A DNA stretch of 64,000 bases from Eledone cirrhosa (taxonomy: Eukaryota): positions 233,430,001 through 233,494,000 of the forward strand of contig OZ024742.1 of assembly GCA_964016885.1 (NCBI GenBank), in the 5' to 3' direction. Below, piece after piece: positions 12,371 through 24,027 of the stretch. A program made the translations under genes and the position numbers. The first letter of the stretch is position 1; each line of letters opens with the position of its first letter. The notes under the pieces are model-generated. The model saw only the letters and a program-made list of their open reading frames with translations, searched no databases and was not told the DNA's origin.

Positions 12371-14488
12371 CAGTCAACGCGATCAGTTGCATATTTTGGC
12401 GTGGGAGACTATTTATTAAATTTAAAATGAATAATATCTCCGACAGTAATGCCACAACTACAGCCATGTTGAATAACTGGTTATTCTTCTAACTATATCT
12501 TCTGAAGACACCTTTTATTCGAATTCGTAGAGATATCCGACTAAATACATAATTCATTTTACAAGGATTTTGTACAAACAGCATGGCTGAACACAACATC
12601 AACAACAAAATTAAGGAAGTATCGAAGACAACTAACAAGAAAGGTAAACAAACTTTATTCAGTTGTAGCTACAGAAGAGACCGTAATTAAAAATCGCATT
12701 TCTCTTGGAGTTGCGAACTTAATAATGATTTATTTAATTGTTATAAAATGGCAAAAAATCATCCCTCCATTGGCTATATGAACAGAATGAAGCTACACTG
12801 GGACGAAATGCACCCAGAGCTAAATTATTTCACAGCGAAACAATTACGCCAACAAGCGATGTTTGTTGAGCGTAAAAATAAGATAAACGTGCTACAGGTC
12901 GCCATGCTACTAGACTTCCTAGTAGCCAGGTCGAACAGTGCCTTGAAACAACTATGCCTGTAAGAAACTTGACACCACGTGCACAATCAAAGTTTACCTC
13001 GTATGCTGGGGAAAACACTATCGATAATAATAATAATCGAAGAAATAATAATAATAATCGAAAAAATTTGACACCACGTATACCATCCGAGTCTACCTCG
13101 ACTGTTGTGGAAAATACTATCGATAATGATAATAATCAAAAGTATAAACAATTGAAAATTTCCCTCAACGAAATCTTCCAGAGAGAAATTAACTCATGTA
13201 TAAATATCTCTCTTGCTGAACGTATTAAAACGACAATGTTTAATAAAAAAAAAAAACAAAAAAAAACAAATAATGAAATATTACGTGTTATTGACGAAAT
13301 AGGGGGTGAATATTTAGGACGGATAAAATCCCCAACATTTTGGCAAATCAACGCCTGTTTATATGCCTTAGCAATGACAGTGAAGCATTAGCTTGGTGAT
13401 AGCAGAGATATTAACAAGAACAGAACACCACCAAAAATACCATCATATATAACTAAAATAGAAAATAAGATTGCTGACCTACGAAAAATCATAGGATATG
13501 TGACATGCAAACAAACACAAAAAACTTCACTCCTCACCAACAAAGAGTGAAAAATAAAATAGAGACGATGTTTGGTAACAGTAGAACCAGAACTCTTCAA
13601 TATAAGCTGATCACCCTCAAACAGAATTGAGAGCTGTTAGCGAAAAACGCCGATACCTGAAGAAGATAGATGAGAGAAAAGTGCTTAATAAAAGATTCAG
13701 ATGAAACCAAACATCAGTCTATAGATATATGAAGGGCAAAATAATAAGTGTCACATCCTAGAAATAATAAGTGCCCCATCCTAGAAAGACATAGATTCCT
13801 TTTGGAGCAAAATATGGGGTGAAAAGAAGAATTTCAACCAAGATGCAGTGTGGCTAAGAGAAATCCGAAAGAACTATTGCTCCTACACTACAACAAAAAC
13901 ATACGAAATAAGTGAGGGTACCCTTGAGACTATGATAGGAAAACTCCAAGATAAGAAAACACCAGGAAGAGACATGATTGTCGGCTACTGGTACAAAAAA
14001 ACTGATATTCTATCGGAGGTATCTTACTGACCTCTACCAACAAGTTCTTAAGGGAGATACACTTATACCAGAATGGTTGACATTAGCACAAACATTACTG
14101 GTCCCCAAGAACAAAGTCACCCACTTGGCAAAATCTACCGACCCATTGCATGCCAGAACCTGATGTATAAGATGTATACAGCCTGCCTGAACCTATTCCT
14201 CCAAGATCACTGTGAAAATAATAACATCATCACAGATGAACAAGCAGAAAAGGGTTTGGGGATGTTCTGAACAACTCCTAATCAACAAAACTGCGATGTC
14301 GGAGGTGCGACAACTTAGGGGGAATAAGGCTACAGTCTGGCTGGACTACAGGAAAGCTTTCGATTCTGTTCCCCACTCTTGGATGATAGAGGCCCTCCAA
14401 CTTGCTAAAGTCCCAGACATTATTGTCAGAGCCATAGAGAGGCTGTCTTCTTCTTGGGCTACTATCCTAAGGCTAAAGACAGAGAGGA
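12371..14488 (+). mobile_element. R4/Dong-clade element copy 2 (5' half, 3'-truncated within RT)
   Basis: Collinear and highly similar to 2200-4340; begins CAGTCAACGCGATCAGT directly after a degenerate (CATA)n tract (12330-12370). Confidence 0.92.
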
Positions 14489-14569
14489 TTTCTTTAATTG
14501 ATGGAATATCAGGTTTTGAAGTTACTTTGAATTTCTTTATCACTTTTTTCCTTTTCTTGACTACTCTCA

Positions 14570-15910
14570 CACATACAAATAACACGCATCTCACAAAAAC
14601 TTACGCAACTCTAAAAGGAAAATTCCCCAATGACATTGGAGATTTCCGCAAAACACTCTAGAAGGATATACAAATACATCCTTGCGGAGAGAGCCACAGC
14701 CAGTCAGAAGGAAGGAGGAACCCTCCTTCCTCCATAAACACTGAAGTTAGTGGACTTTCCCAAATTTTACTACTCTTTTTCATCATGGCCTTACTCAGAA
14801 TAGGCGGCGTAAATGTACGTGGTTTGGGGTCATCTTGGAAGCAGGGTCACCTGCTCAACGACCTCAGGTCAACGAACATAGATGTGGTGGCTTTTAGCGA
14901 GACCGGAATTTCCGAGGTACAAACCTTCTCATTCATTTTCGGCTGTTAGAAGGTGTACGCATCTCCAAGCCGGCCGGGATCGGGAGGCGGAGTCGCTATG
15001 TTGTTTCGGAAAGGCTTTGATCTCATGATACAGACGATTTTTCTGGAAGCAGAAGGTAAATCGGGGGGCTGGACATGACTAACTGCGAAGGCTATGCTTT
15101 CAGGTCAGTGGCTGTTTATGCGCCGACAGGGCCATGACGGCCTGATTTCTTCAAGCGGCTGGAGGCCTTCTTAGGAAGTCCCGCTCTTTAATGTTAATGG
15201 GCGATTGGAACGGGATCTTGGATGCACGCTGGGACTGTGTGGGACTAGCGGATAGAGGAGGGTGTAAAAGCCTCACAAACCAGTTCATAGGTTTCCAACT
15301 GTCTGACAGGTACCGACTGATTTCCCGAATTTGCCAATGTGGATATGGACAAAACACATCAGGTCATCCAGATCGTATCTGGATAGGGAATTTTATAGGA
15401 AAATAGATAGTTCTAAAATAGGTTGTCCACAATTCAAGTTAGTCGACTATACAGACCACAAATTCGTGATCTGTGTGGTTGACTTTGATAGGCTTCATAG
15501 ACAAGGACCCGGATACTGGAAGCTAAACGCGTCGCTCACGGCGTGCAAAGCCTACAGAAACTGGATTACCGAACTAATTAACCGGGCGTTGACGGGGGCA
15601 GTCGTCAACAACAAATGGTGGTTCGCCCTGAAAAGGCGATTAGGATAGGGTCCATTAGGTTTAGTAAGACTTTAGAAATAGAGAAAAATAGAGTAGAAGA
15701 AAAACTACTAGAAGACATGCTAGCGGCAAGGTTGGCCCTAGACCAATTTTTCAACGCAAAGCACGAAGGCTGCGTTGTCAAAGCTAGGATGTGTCCTCTC
15801 AGACACGAGGGGAAGAAAGCCGTTAGTTGAGCCCGAGTGGCGGAGGCGCCGGTCTTTATGAAACATGACAGGCACATATTACTCGATGCGTGAGGCTTTT
15901 CAGCGGTACT
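14570..15910 (+). mobile_element. Decayed L1/Tx1-clade fragment (ORF1 C-terminus, spacer, APE part of ORF2)
   Basis: MALLRIGGVNVRGLGSSWKQGHLLNDLRS near 14785, GDWNGILDARWD, SRSYLDR, TDHK, GPGYWKLNASL; homologous to the array elements. Confidence 0.88.
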
Positions 15911-16027
15911 TCGCTCTATCTGAATATCTTGTATCTCTCTCTATATAACGGCCTATCTCACTCTCTCTCTCTACCTCTCTCTCTCTCTCTCTCTAGATGT
16001 ATGTGTGTGTGTGTGTGTGCGTGTGTA

Positions 16028-16222
16028 GTTTTCGTGCAACCAACCAACCAACCAACCAATATTTATCTAGGGGTCGCATTAGACAAAATCTTGAACATTT
16101 TATGAGTCCAAAACACTGCTAGGAACGTAACGCATGTTTGTTCCAAATTTGAAGAAAATCGGTTGCGAACTGTAGAAGTTACATAGGGACATACACACAC
16201 ATCCTCAGTTTTACATATATAG
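16028..16222 (+). mobile_element. Short non-autonomous element, DINE-1/HINE (Helentron-associated)-like
   Basis: CCAAATTTGAAGAAAATCGGTTG...ACATACACACAC...TATATAG layout; similar core at 58840-58990. Confidence 0.35.
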
Positions 16223-16734
16223 GTATTTGGTTTGTTTGCAAGCAAACAGCCTCATAAACCCCATGTGTGTTTCCTAGATGAACAACTTTATCCATTTGTT
16301 CCAGCGATAGCTGAGAGAAAACAATCGACAATTGTTTCGGAGGGTTTGCTCCTTATATAGATTATGTGTTTTCTTGTCTGCTACGAATACATAGTATTCT
16401 AAATGTATATATCAGATGATTAGCCTCATTTGCATACCGAGGGCTTTGCCGAATATTAAAAAACAAAATTTATTTTCGCTATTAACACGATAGATATATA
16501 TATTACATATAATATTATTCCCAATTTTACAGGTATAAACACACGTATACAACACTATTGGACGGCCGTTAACTCTTCCTTGTTTCTCCGACCCATTTTT
16601 ATCCCACAGAATGTCCAAACTACCTTTCTGACCTAGCAAGTTTGATAGGGTTGCCGATTTGGTCACCGACGATCTATCTTCACGACAGGTTGTACTGGGA
16701 TATTTGTTGCCAGTGGCCCTTGAGGGCGACCAGA

Positions 16735-17500
16735 GAGTTCCTTTGTGTTGATTATGCAGATCCTGTAGCTCACTCTGTAGAGGACATACAGGTAATAGTG
16801 GACATCGCCAATTTGTGCTCTGCAGTTGGACTCAATATTAGCATAATTACTTAATATAAGCATACAGAAACAAATACTTTATGCAGAGCTGACCAGAGAG
16901 AAAATGCCACAGCATAAACTAAGAGAGCGGTTTAAGGATCTCATAAAAAAGCTGTCATGAAGTGTTGATGGTCTCGATGCCTGGCATAGGCTGAACACCG
17001 TACAACACAGAGAAAGATTGTCAAGAATAGATGTGGCGTTTTCGAGCAAAAACGAGTGGAGTACGCTGCTTTGAAGCATTCGCTGCTTAAGCAAGACTCA
17101 AGCGCAATAGCTGCAAAAAAATAAAAACCAACAGGAATTGAAGTGCAATGTGTATGGAAGATTTTCTCTCTCTAGAGCTAGATTAGTCAGCTACTTAAAA
17201 CATTCGAGACAGGGAGAAATTAAGTAGCTTGTGAAATAGTTCTACCGCCACGTCCTCTGCGGTATATTTGTACTGAGTATGATTTAATATGCAAATCACC
17301 TAGTGGATGAGAAAGCATGGTAAAATACATTAAAACATACAGCTAGTTGTGCCAGAAGGCAGACAGTTCATGTGTCAAATGTGTGAATGTGCTTGCAGAA
17401 CAGTACCTGGATTGAAAAGCCACCTACGCATACCTGGTCCTGCAATGTTCAATTAATAAATGGCGCTCTTTTGACAAAACGCAACAATCAACTTGTATGT
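16735..17500 (+). mobile_element. Decayed RTE-clade 3' fragment with C2H2 finger and TATG tail
   Basis: DYADPVAHSVEDIQVIVD...GLNIS (degenerate YADD region); CQMCECACRTVPGLKSHLR near 17372-17430; TGTATGTATG follows. Confidence 0.65.
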
Positions 17501-17557
17501 ATGGTTGATTGAAAATATGTATGTATGCGAGTATGTGCCTGTATGGTGTCTGATTTA

Positions 17558-17760
17558 AACACAAGGCCAACCGTTTTACGGGAGAGGAAAGTCGATTAAA
17601 TCAACCCAGTGCGTTATTCGTACTTTATTTTATCAAACCTGTAAGGATGAAAGGCAAAGCTAACCTCAGCGCGATATGAACTCAGAATGTAAAGGGATGT
17701 AACTCTATATGGCAACGCATGTTGTCCGAGGCTCTACTGATACTCCCAATCCACCAGCTT
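17558..17760 (-). mobile_element. tRNA-derived SINE (family 1, older copy)
   Basis: Similar to the family-1 consensus. Confidence 0.8.
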
Positions 17761-18349
17761 TGTATGTGTTTATTTGAACATCAGTTCAATAAATTTCATG
17801 GAATTTCACGAACAATATTTGTTCATCAAAAATTTTGTTTCCACACACTTGGATGATTTTATTATTTTGAACTTTTAATGAAATTTTAATGTGAGATCTA
17901 TTTACTTAATTTCACTCTATGACAGATAAAATATGTACCCGTTTTCAGCTCATCCAATTATGTGTTATAATTCTCAGTCTTCGAAAAGTGAGAAATGTCA
18001 ATAGTTATAAACCAAAACAATTACTGATATATCACCTTGGAAATATAAGAATTTGATTAATATCTATATATTTATAAATCTGTAACAGCTGTTATTATGC
18101 AAAGCTACCAACAGACTGCGGTGTAAGTATCAGTCAAGTGTTTCTATCGTTGTTTGCTGTGACAGAAGTAGCTGTGTATGTTATATATTGAAGAGTGCTT
18201 GAGGTGTACGACAAATAGTTTGAATTCAATGTGATTCCGTGTCGTACGGACTAACTTCAATTGATATTTTTCCCACCAACGCATCATATAAGCATATTAA
18301 ACAACATTTTGCAGCATAACCTTATACATTTCTTTTTTATTAATTCATT

Positions 18350-18571
18350 TTAACTATCTGGTCTGTTGGCAGCGATTTCTCGGTCAGTTATCACAGGCAT
18401 ATCCCATAAGATGGATATGTTGCCCTTTTCCGTTATTGTTTTTGGTTGATGTTCATACCATTTATTAGAGGTTTGGTTGTCATGAAAGCGGCAAAGCATC
18501 CAGTGCACATATTTGGCAATGCGGTCGTTTCTTTCTGTATAATCAGTTTTTGCCAGCTCTATATTAAACAT
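18350..18571 (-). pseudogene. Fragment of an R4/Dong-type REL domain (different family from 2200-6310)
   Basis: YTERNDRIAKYVHWMLC...ILWDMPVITDREIAANRPD, the RHD/RPD region of R4-like proteins. Confidence 0.75.
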
Positions 18572-18794
18572 AACATTCTGCAGTATAACCTATTTATACT
18601 TTTCTATTTTATTAATTTATTTTAACTTTGAACCCTTTTAATCTTTTATATAACTCCCAATCTGTGTGGTGATTTATGATACTAATTTCAACAATTCACG
18701 AACTTTACACAATATATATACGTCTTATCCTTTACATATGTCGGTGGGAACAACTAGAAAAGTAATTCTACTATTAATAAAATACTGATATAAT

Positions 18795-18983
18795 TGTTTC
18801 TACTTTTGGCACAAGGCCAGCAATTATCCCAGTGTATTACTGGTGCTTAATTTTATCAAGCCCGTAAGGATGAAAGGCAAAGTTAACTTCGGCGGGATTT
18901 GAACTCAGATCGTAAAGGGCCGTAACTCTTTGCTACAAAGCATGGCGTCAGACCCTCTACCGATACTGCCAATCGACCGCCCT
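18795..18983 (-). mobile_element. Young full-length tRNA-derived SINE (family 1) with 17-bp TSD
   Basis: A-box TGGCAGTATCGG and B-box GAGTTCAAATCC; TSD TAAAATACTGATATAAT at 18778-18794 and 18984-19000. Confidence 0.93.
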
Positions 18984-19129
18984 TAAAATACTGATATAAT
19001 ATAATTCTCTTTTTAATATAATTTTGCTTTTAACATACAGAAATCGTCTGCTACGATATTAATGGATTCTAATATTTTGGTACATTTAAAGTAAAAAAAA
19101 TATTTCTTTTTGATTAATTTTATTATTAT

Positions 19130-19830
19130 ATGTAGTGCTTTTGGCAGACTGTACAAACGCCTGTGAAACAACAAACACCTGAAGCAGGGTACCAAGATCA
19201 GAGTGTACAGAGTCATAGTCCTTACCACCCTTCTATATAGCTCAGAGTCATGGGTCACTTATCGTCATCATCTTCGACTCCTTGAGCGCTTCCACCAGCG
19301 CTGCCTCCGCACCATCCTCAACATCAACTGGAGAGACTTTGTCACCAATGTTGAAATCCTTGAATGGGCGGAGGTCACTAGCTTCGAGACCATGCTGCTG
19401 AAGTCTCAACTACGCTGGGCAGGGCCTGTCTCCAGGATGAACAATCATCACCTGCCCAGAATCACGCTGTACGGCGAACTCTCCACTGGCCATCGGACAG
19501 GGAGAACCAAGGAAACAATACAAGGACTGTTTGCAAAAATATCTTGGTGACTGCCACATCGATCATCGCCGGTGGTCCACTCTAGCTGAGAACCGTGATC
19601 CCTGGCGTCTCAACATCAACCATGTTGTCTCCTCCTTTGAAAACACCCACAAAGTCACCCTCAAGGACAGAAGGCACATGAGGAAGAACCACCGCACTAA
19701 TTCATTAAATCCTGACCAGACCTTCAGCTGCAGCCACTGCAGCCGTGTCTGCCTGTACTGCATTGACCTGAACAGCCATGAGCATGCATGCAGTCAACGT
19801 GGACTACCCACTTCATGATTTTCGTTTTCC
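19130..19830 (+). mobile_element. RTE/BovB-like LINE 3' fragment
   Basis: YRVIVLTTLLYSSESW, LERFHQRCLRTIL, QLRWAGPVSRM, LYGEL; terminal CSHCSRVC..LNSHEHAC. Confidence 0.9.
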
Positions 19831-20232
19831 TGGAAATATAAGAATAGATGCACCTTAAATCTTTCGTTAATTCTAATAAGTCTGACAGTTTTTCAACATA
19901 TTACGGTCGACTCAAATATACAGTAAATAACTATTTCTTATAAGATTGTAATTTACGTTGATAAATTTAAATTTTTTACAGTTGAGGGGTAAAATGACTC
20001 TAACTACTTTCTTTTCAACAGACAGAATAATCAACATTTTCACAAAGGATATGTAATATACAAGATACCCACACAAGAGATTCAAGGTTAACCGAAACCT
20101 TGCATAATTTCCTGGTAAGAAAGCTGAAATCAAATTTAACTTCTGTGTAATTTCAATCTTAATCGGGGGAAAATGTTCAAGCCTCCATGAACTATCAGGA
20201 ATCAATGTACCAATATTGCCCAATGGTTGCTT

Positions 20233-20351
20233 TCATTCTGGCTTATAAGGAGCCTTTGCTGCCTTAACAGAGTTCACACTGTTGCAATAGTTCCGAACAG
20301 GTCTCTGTTTCGAGGATACATTTCTCCTTCCGAACACTAGTCTTTGAGGAA
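20233..20351 (-). other. Candidate exon (acceptor plus open frame), unidentified product
   Basis: TCTCTATTTTCCTTTTCAG acceptor at 20352-20370; frame PQRLVFGRRN...PYKPE* continues past the TGA into ORF 19912-20223. Confidence 0.25.
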
Positions 20352-21239
20352 CTGAAAAGGAAAATAGAGAATGTTCCTACTGCATAAACGATAAAAATGG
20401 TATTTTCGCAATGATCGCCTGTAGCGAAATTATCAGAGATAAATCTGCGAATATGAAATACAAAATAGCTATAACGTCATCACCAGAAACAGCTATGGCG
20501 AAAATTAAAAGTATTTAAGTCGAAATCAACCCTTCTTCGCTCTGTTCGCAGTCGCTATGTTCCCTCGCAGATAATGGCAGTCACCACAGATGTCAGTACT
20601 GTTACAGATACGTCATAGCAAGGCATTCAACAAGGCGATACCTTGCCACAACCAACATCCCTGCATTAACTCTCTTTTGCACTCCTTCGCCTAAAACGAA
20701 CATTTTTCTCAAGCCATATCTCCGCATATATTATCATCATATTCCAACACATTGCAGCAAAATACTCTTACATTTAGCAACGTGTTGATGAACCACTCAC
20801 TGTTACCTCAATCATTAACTGTGCCTGTTGTTTTGTGGTATTTTGCTACATGGTTTCGTTGTATTCTAGGATACAAATAACTAGTGGCCAGTGGTCAACA
20901 GAGAGACAATCCACAAAGTGGATGACAGGCAGATGAAATATAGAAAAGATTGAAAGAGGAGGACAAGGAGAAGTGCGTTAGCTCACAGAAGTGACTGGAA
21001 GAAGGAAATAAAGAAAGGCGATGTACAAGACTATTTAACACACAGTGTGAAGATCTGTGTGTGATAATAAAATGCTGTTAAATCAATGGCTTAGACTACA
21101 GGAGTCTTGTTGAACGTTTATCTGATATCTTGCTTTCATCAGTCCTAATGAGCTAACAACTAAACAGATCTTAACATGTTACAACATATTTTTTTAATTT
21201 AATTTCATTTAATGTAGAAAACGTTTTAAATAATATTGA

Positions 21240-21432
21240 TTTCTAATTTAGGCTTGTAGATTTCTATGAAGGGTAAGTTGATTAAATTAACCACAGTACT
21301 TGACTGGTATATTATGTTATCGACTCCTGAAGCTAAAGTCAAAGTTGACTTTGGCGGGATTAAACTCAGAATGTAAAGATTCAAAATAGATACTGCAATG
21401 ATATTTTATCCGACGCTCTACCAATTCTGCCA
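21240..21432 (-). mobile_element. Old tRNA-derived SINE (family 1)
   Basis: Diverged match to the family-1 consensus. Confidence 0.7.
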
Positions 21433-21839
21433 ATATCAATATCAATGATTGTTTGTTGTGATCTTCTCCATTATACTGCGAACGATAATGAAACATGGCA
21501 ATGAGTTTGATTCTTATAGAATTATATGTTCTTTTGCACAGTCGGCGCTGATGGACAGCACGAAAGAGCTGAGAGGCTCGTAACCAAAGGCTTGCAGAAG
21601 GAAGCGATATTGCCTTTGAGTCTCGAAGTCAGGGAGGGGCCTAATCCTACCCCCACCGTCGGGGTCACTGCCATCGGGGGTCACAAAGCTAAACAGTTTG
21701 ATCCAGTCGTGCCAGCCGCCCGACTCAAGCGCTCGATCGTTACCTTAATGCTCTGGTGGATGGAGTTAGCTACTGAGCATTAAGCTAATAATAGAACCCC
21801 CCCCCCCCCACACACACACACACACTAAGCACCCTAACC

Positions 21840-23180
21840 ATAATTTACCCTTGTTAGACATGGAAACTAGGAATGACAACGCCCAACTCCTCCATTCACA
21901 TTATACCAAACCCATGGCCTCCAAGTGCCTGATATGCCAGAACTCGGCTACCTCAAATAGTAACGGTGTTGAGAAATGTGTCCTACATGTGTGATCCAAC
22001 AGAGTTAAAGGGATACATACAGCACTTTATCCATCGCATGCAGTTTTCTGGTTATAACCAAAGAGATAGGATCAGGGTGTACAAATGTGTCATGGCTACA
22101 TTCAAACCATTACGGAGAATGATATGAATGGGATTTGTCCTCTATCCAGGAGCAAATCATGGAATAACATAGAAAGGACTAAGAAAAAATAGGGAAGGCC
22201 AACTCATGGTATGGCAGCTAGAAATACCAGAGTGTCATGTTCGTCGATGCTTCCCCTAGAGGAGAACTATCATTTTAGAAGAGTTTTAGAAAAAAAGAAG
22301 CTTAAGATTAAAATAGTAGATAAAGTAGGAACTACCATAAAATCCCGGATCAGTAGGACGTACCCATTTCGGAAAAAACCCTGTGCTGATAGAAACTGTA
22401 TACAATTTCTATCAGCACAGGGTTTTTTAGCCCACAGATAAACTGTAAAACTAGAAATGTAGTCTATAGGATAAGAGGTACAGGGCGACGATGCAGAAAC
22501 AAGACAATGACATACATAGGAGAGACAACCCGTAGTATAGGAGAGAGATTAAAGGAACACTGGCAAAAACTTAAGGAGGAGAAAAGCTCATCAGTGTATA
22601 CTAACAAGCCAAACTAGAACTTGACGGCTCAATCGATAACATAGAAATAAAGATCCTATCCCTACATAAAATTGACGAAACACTAAAACAAATTACAGAG
22701 GCCACTCGCATAATAGAAGAGAGTCCTATCCTGAACAGAAAACACGAGTGGAATAGTAACAACCCACAACTTAATGACTGAAGACAGAGTAAAGACACAC
22801 ACAAAAAAGGCACAAACAGCAAAACAGCAAACGATACAAACCCCCACAAACATAAAACACACGTTGACATGGCAAACACAAAAACACATACACACACAGA
22901 AACACAGGCGCAAACGCATGCGCAGATATAAAACACAAAAAAACGCACAACAAAACAAACAAAGACAAGGTGGATTAGAAGTTTAAGACCAGGAAAAAGA
23001 GGAGACACAAAGCAGATAAGCATTGAGGAAGTCACTGAATGCGTGACGAAAGACTTTGATAAACAAATGAATAACGAACAATAAAGATGAAATGAAAATA
23101 TGATGCGTGTAATATTAGCAAAATGACCATCCCGAAGTATAACAATACGTGTTTCAACACATGATCTGACTTCAAAAATC
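21840..23180 (+). mobile_element. Decayed Penelope-like element (RT thumb, GIY-YIG endonuclease, pLTR)
   Basis: LPLLDM..HYTKPMAS; RNVVYRI...TYIGETTRSIGERLKEH at ~22452-22560 (GIY-YIG signature); hammerhead-like motif downstream. Confidence 0.8.
23022..23058 (+). ncRNA. Minimal hammerhead-ribozyme-like motif in Penelope pLTR
   Basis: TTGAGGAA-GTCAC-TGAATGC-GTGAC-GAAAG: core variant with perfect 5-bp stem II, downstream of GIY-YIG as expected for PLEs. Confidence 0.6.
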
Positions 23181-23193
23181 TTGCAAAGCAAAT

Positions 23194-23225
<32 letters not shown>

Positions 23226-24027
23226 GAAAAGATTCAGGACCTCGACGGCTGAGCTCCGGCCGTTTCGACTACTATATATTAGTATTTATACAAAATTAAA
23301 GTTCACAATTCTCTAACAGAGGGAACGTGGAAGTTTCAATAAATTTTGAAAAATAATGTTGTCTAAGCGATTTATTATAACTTTTTGTTGGCTGACCGAT
23401 TTTCCAAAAGTAGATTTCTTTCACATATACTGAATTTTATGTATAGTTTGCAACAGGTGTTTCAAGCGGATTTAGTTGTAATTCATTTTTCCTTTCAAAT
23501 TGTTAACTATAAGGAACAGGAGAAAGCAACAGGCGACCGCTACAAATGCTATAAACTTAAGATCATTAAATATTTATGGCAATATTACCTTCCATATTTT
23601 TTTGTTAGCAGATGTTTTGGCAAAGACAATGTCTTTATGAATATATTGATAAGTGAGATTTTATCATACTTACTATGGTGTTTTCCTCTTTCTATCGATC
23701 AGTCACACGCTAACTCATCCATATTCTTTTTCACTCCATCTGGCATTCACTTTCTTTTTCCTCTTCACATTTTTTCTACATTTTCTTTATTTCCTATATC
23801 CGTTATCGAGAATATGTTTTCTACCTTTTCTCTCATCCCCCACACCTTCCCAACCACTCATCTTTTCTCTATCCCTCTTCCTTACTTTGCTTACTCATAC
23901 CTTTCCTTGCCTTTTCTCTATCCCTCTTCCTTACTCTGCTTACTCATACCCTTCCTTGCCTTTTCGCTTTACTATCATTCATTCCAAAGTTAAGTTTTTT
24001 TTTATTAATGTTTCTAGTTTATTATTA

